A DNA stretch of 32,000 nucleotides, taken from assembly GCF_020969955.1 (NCBI RefSeq), contig NZ_JAHDSX010000003.1, positions 60,001 to 92,000 of the forward strand, in the 5' to 3' direction. The notes below the pieces were generated by a model. It had not been told where the DNA came from. It did no database searches and worked only from the letters and a program-made list of their open reading frames with translations. A program made the translations under genes and the position numbers. This DNA is from Allobaculum fili. GTDB lineage: Bacteria; Bacillota_I; Bacilli_A; Erysipelotrichales; Erysipelotrichaceae. Positions 31,679 through 32,000 of this stretch are shown piece by piece. The first letter of the stretch is position 1. Each line of letters starts with the position of its first letter.

Positions 31679-32000
31679 CTAGTCTTCTTTTTTAATGATG
31701 CCGACGGTGAATTTTCCGTCTTTGATATCTACATAGATATCGGCGTCGTTCATGATGCCTTCTTCAATCATCTTACGGGCGATGTCCGTTTCGAGATAAC
31801 GCTGAATGTAACGCTTCATTGGACGAGCACCAAAGACAGGGTCTACGCCGTTTTCGGCGATCTTGTCGTAGGCTTTGTCGCTGACATGCAGGCGAATATT
31901 TTTTTCAGCCAGACGATGTTCGAGTTCGCCGACGAACTTGTGCGCGATCTTGATGAAGGCTTTGTCATCGAGTGCGTTGAAGACCACGATGTCATCAATA
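31679..32000 (-). CDS. clpB: ClpB chaperone (AAA+ disaggregase), C-terminal fragment; 5' part lies outside the window
   Basis: IDDIVVFNALDDKAFIKIAHKFVGELEHRLAEKNIRLHVSDKAYDKIAENGVDPVFGARPMKRYIQRYLE matches the ClpB D2-small-domain consensus (IDE.VVF.PL ... G.DP.YGARPLKR.IQ). The reading frame stays open to position 32000. Confidence 0.9.
   Translation of the reverse strand, partial: IDDIVVFNALDDKAFIKIAHKFVGELEHRLAEKNIRLHVSDKAYDKIAENGVDPVFGARPMKRYIQRYLETDIARKMIEEGIMNDADIYVDIKDGKFTVGIIKKED

Overview
This 32-kb window looks like a Gram-positive (Bacillota/Clostridia-like) chromosome. It has strong AGGAGG-type ribosome-binding sites, roughly 50% GC by eye, and firmicute-type T7SS genes. Almost all genes are on the minus strand, in three blocks. 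(i) 1-10698 is a co-directional four-gene cassette and my best candidate for an uncharacterised system. It encodes a secreted, membrane-anchored vWA (MIDAS) protein, a 1197-aa protein with tubulin/FtsZ GTP-binding loops at its N-terminus, a 659-aa protein with a TM hairpin, and a polytopic membrane protein. That last gene runs off the left edge, so it is missing from the supplied ORF track. (ii) 10.7-15.6 kb holds an ~810-bp non-coding gap, tRNA-Ser(GGA) with its promoter and terminator, a 3x24-nt tandem repeat, and envelope-type genes (a DUF6020-like polytopic protein, DUF1653, acyltransferase-3). (iii) 15.6-28.6 kb is a ~13-kb minus-strand operon built around EssC (FtsK/SpoIIIE-type T7SS ATPase with FHA domains) and a YukD/EsaB ubiquitin-like protein. 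It also encodes four small helical WXG100-like proteins without a W-x-G motif, a stand-alone FHA protein, a Hanks Ser/Thr kinase with TM+TPR, two zinc-ribbon proteins and an unlisted 50-aa TM ORF. I see no recognisable EsaA/EssA/EssB or LXG toxin there. The right flank carries a YbjN-like protein, an XRE regulator, a sirtuin and the 3' end of clpB. All functional calls rest on motif recognition by eye, since no database or structure search could be run.
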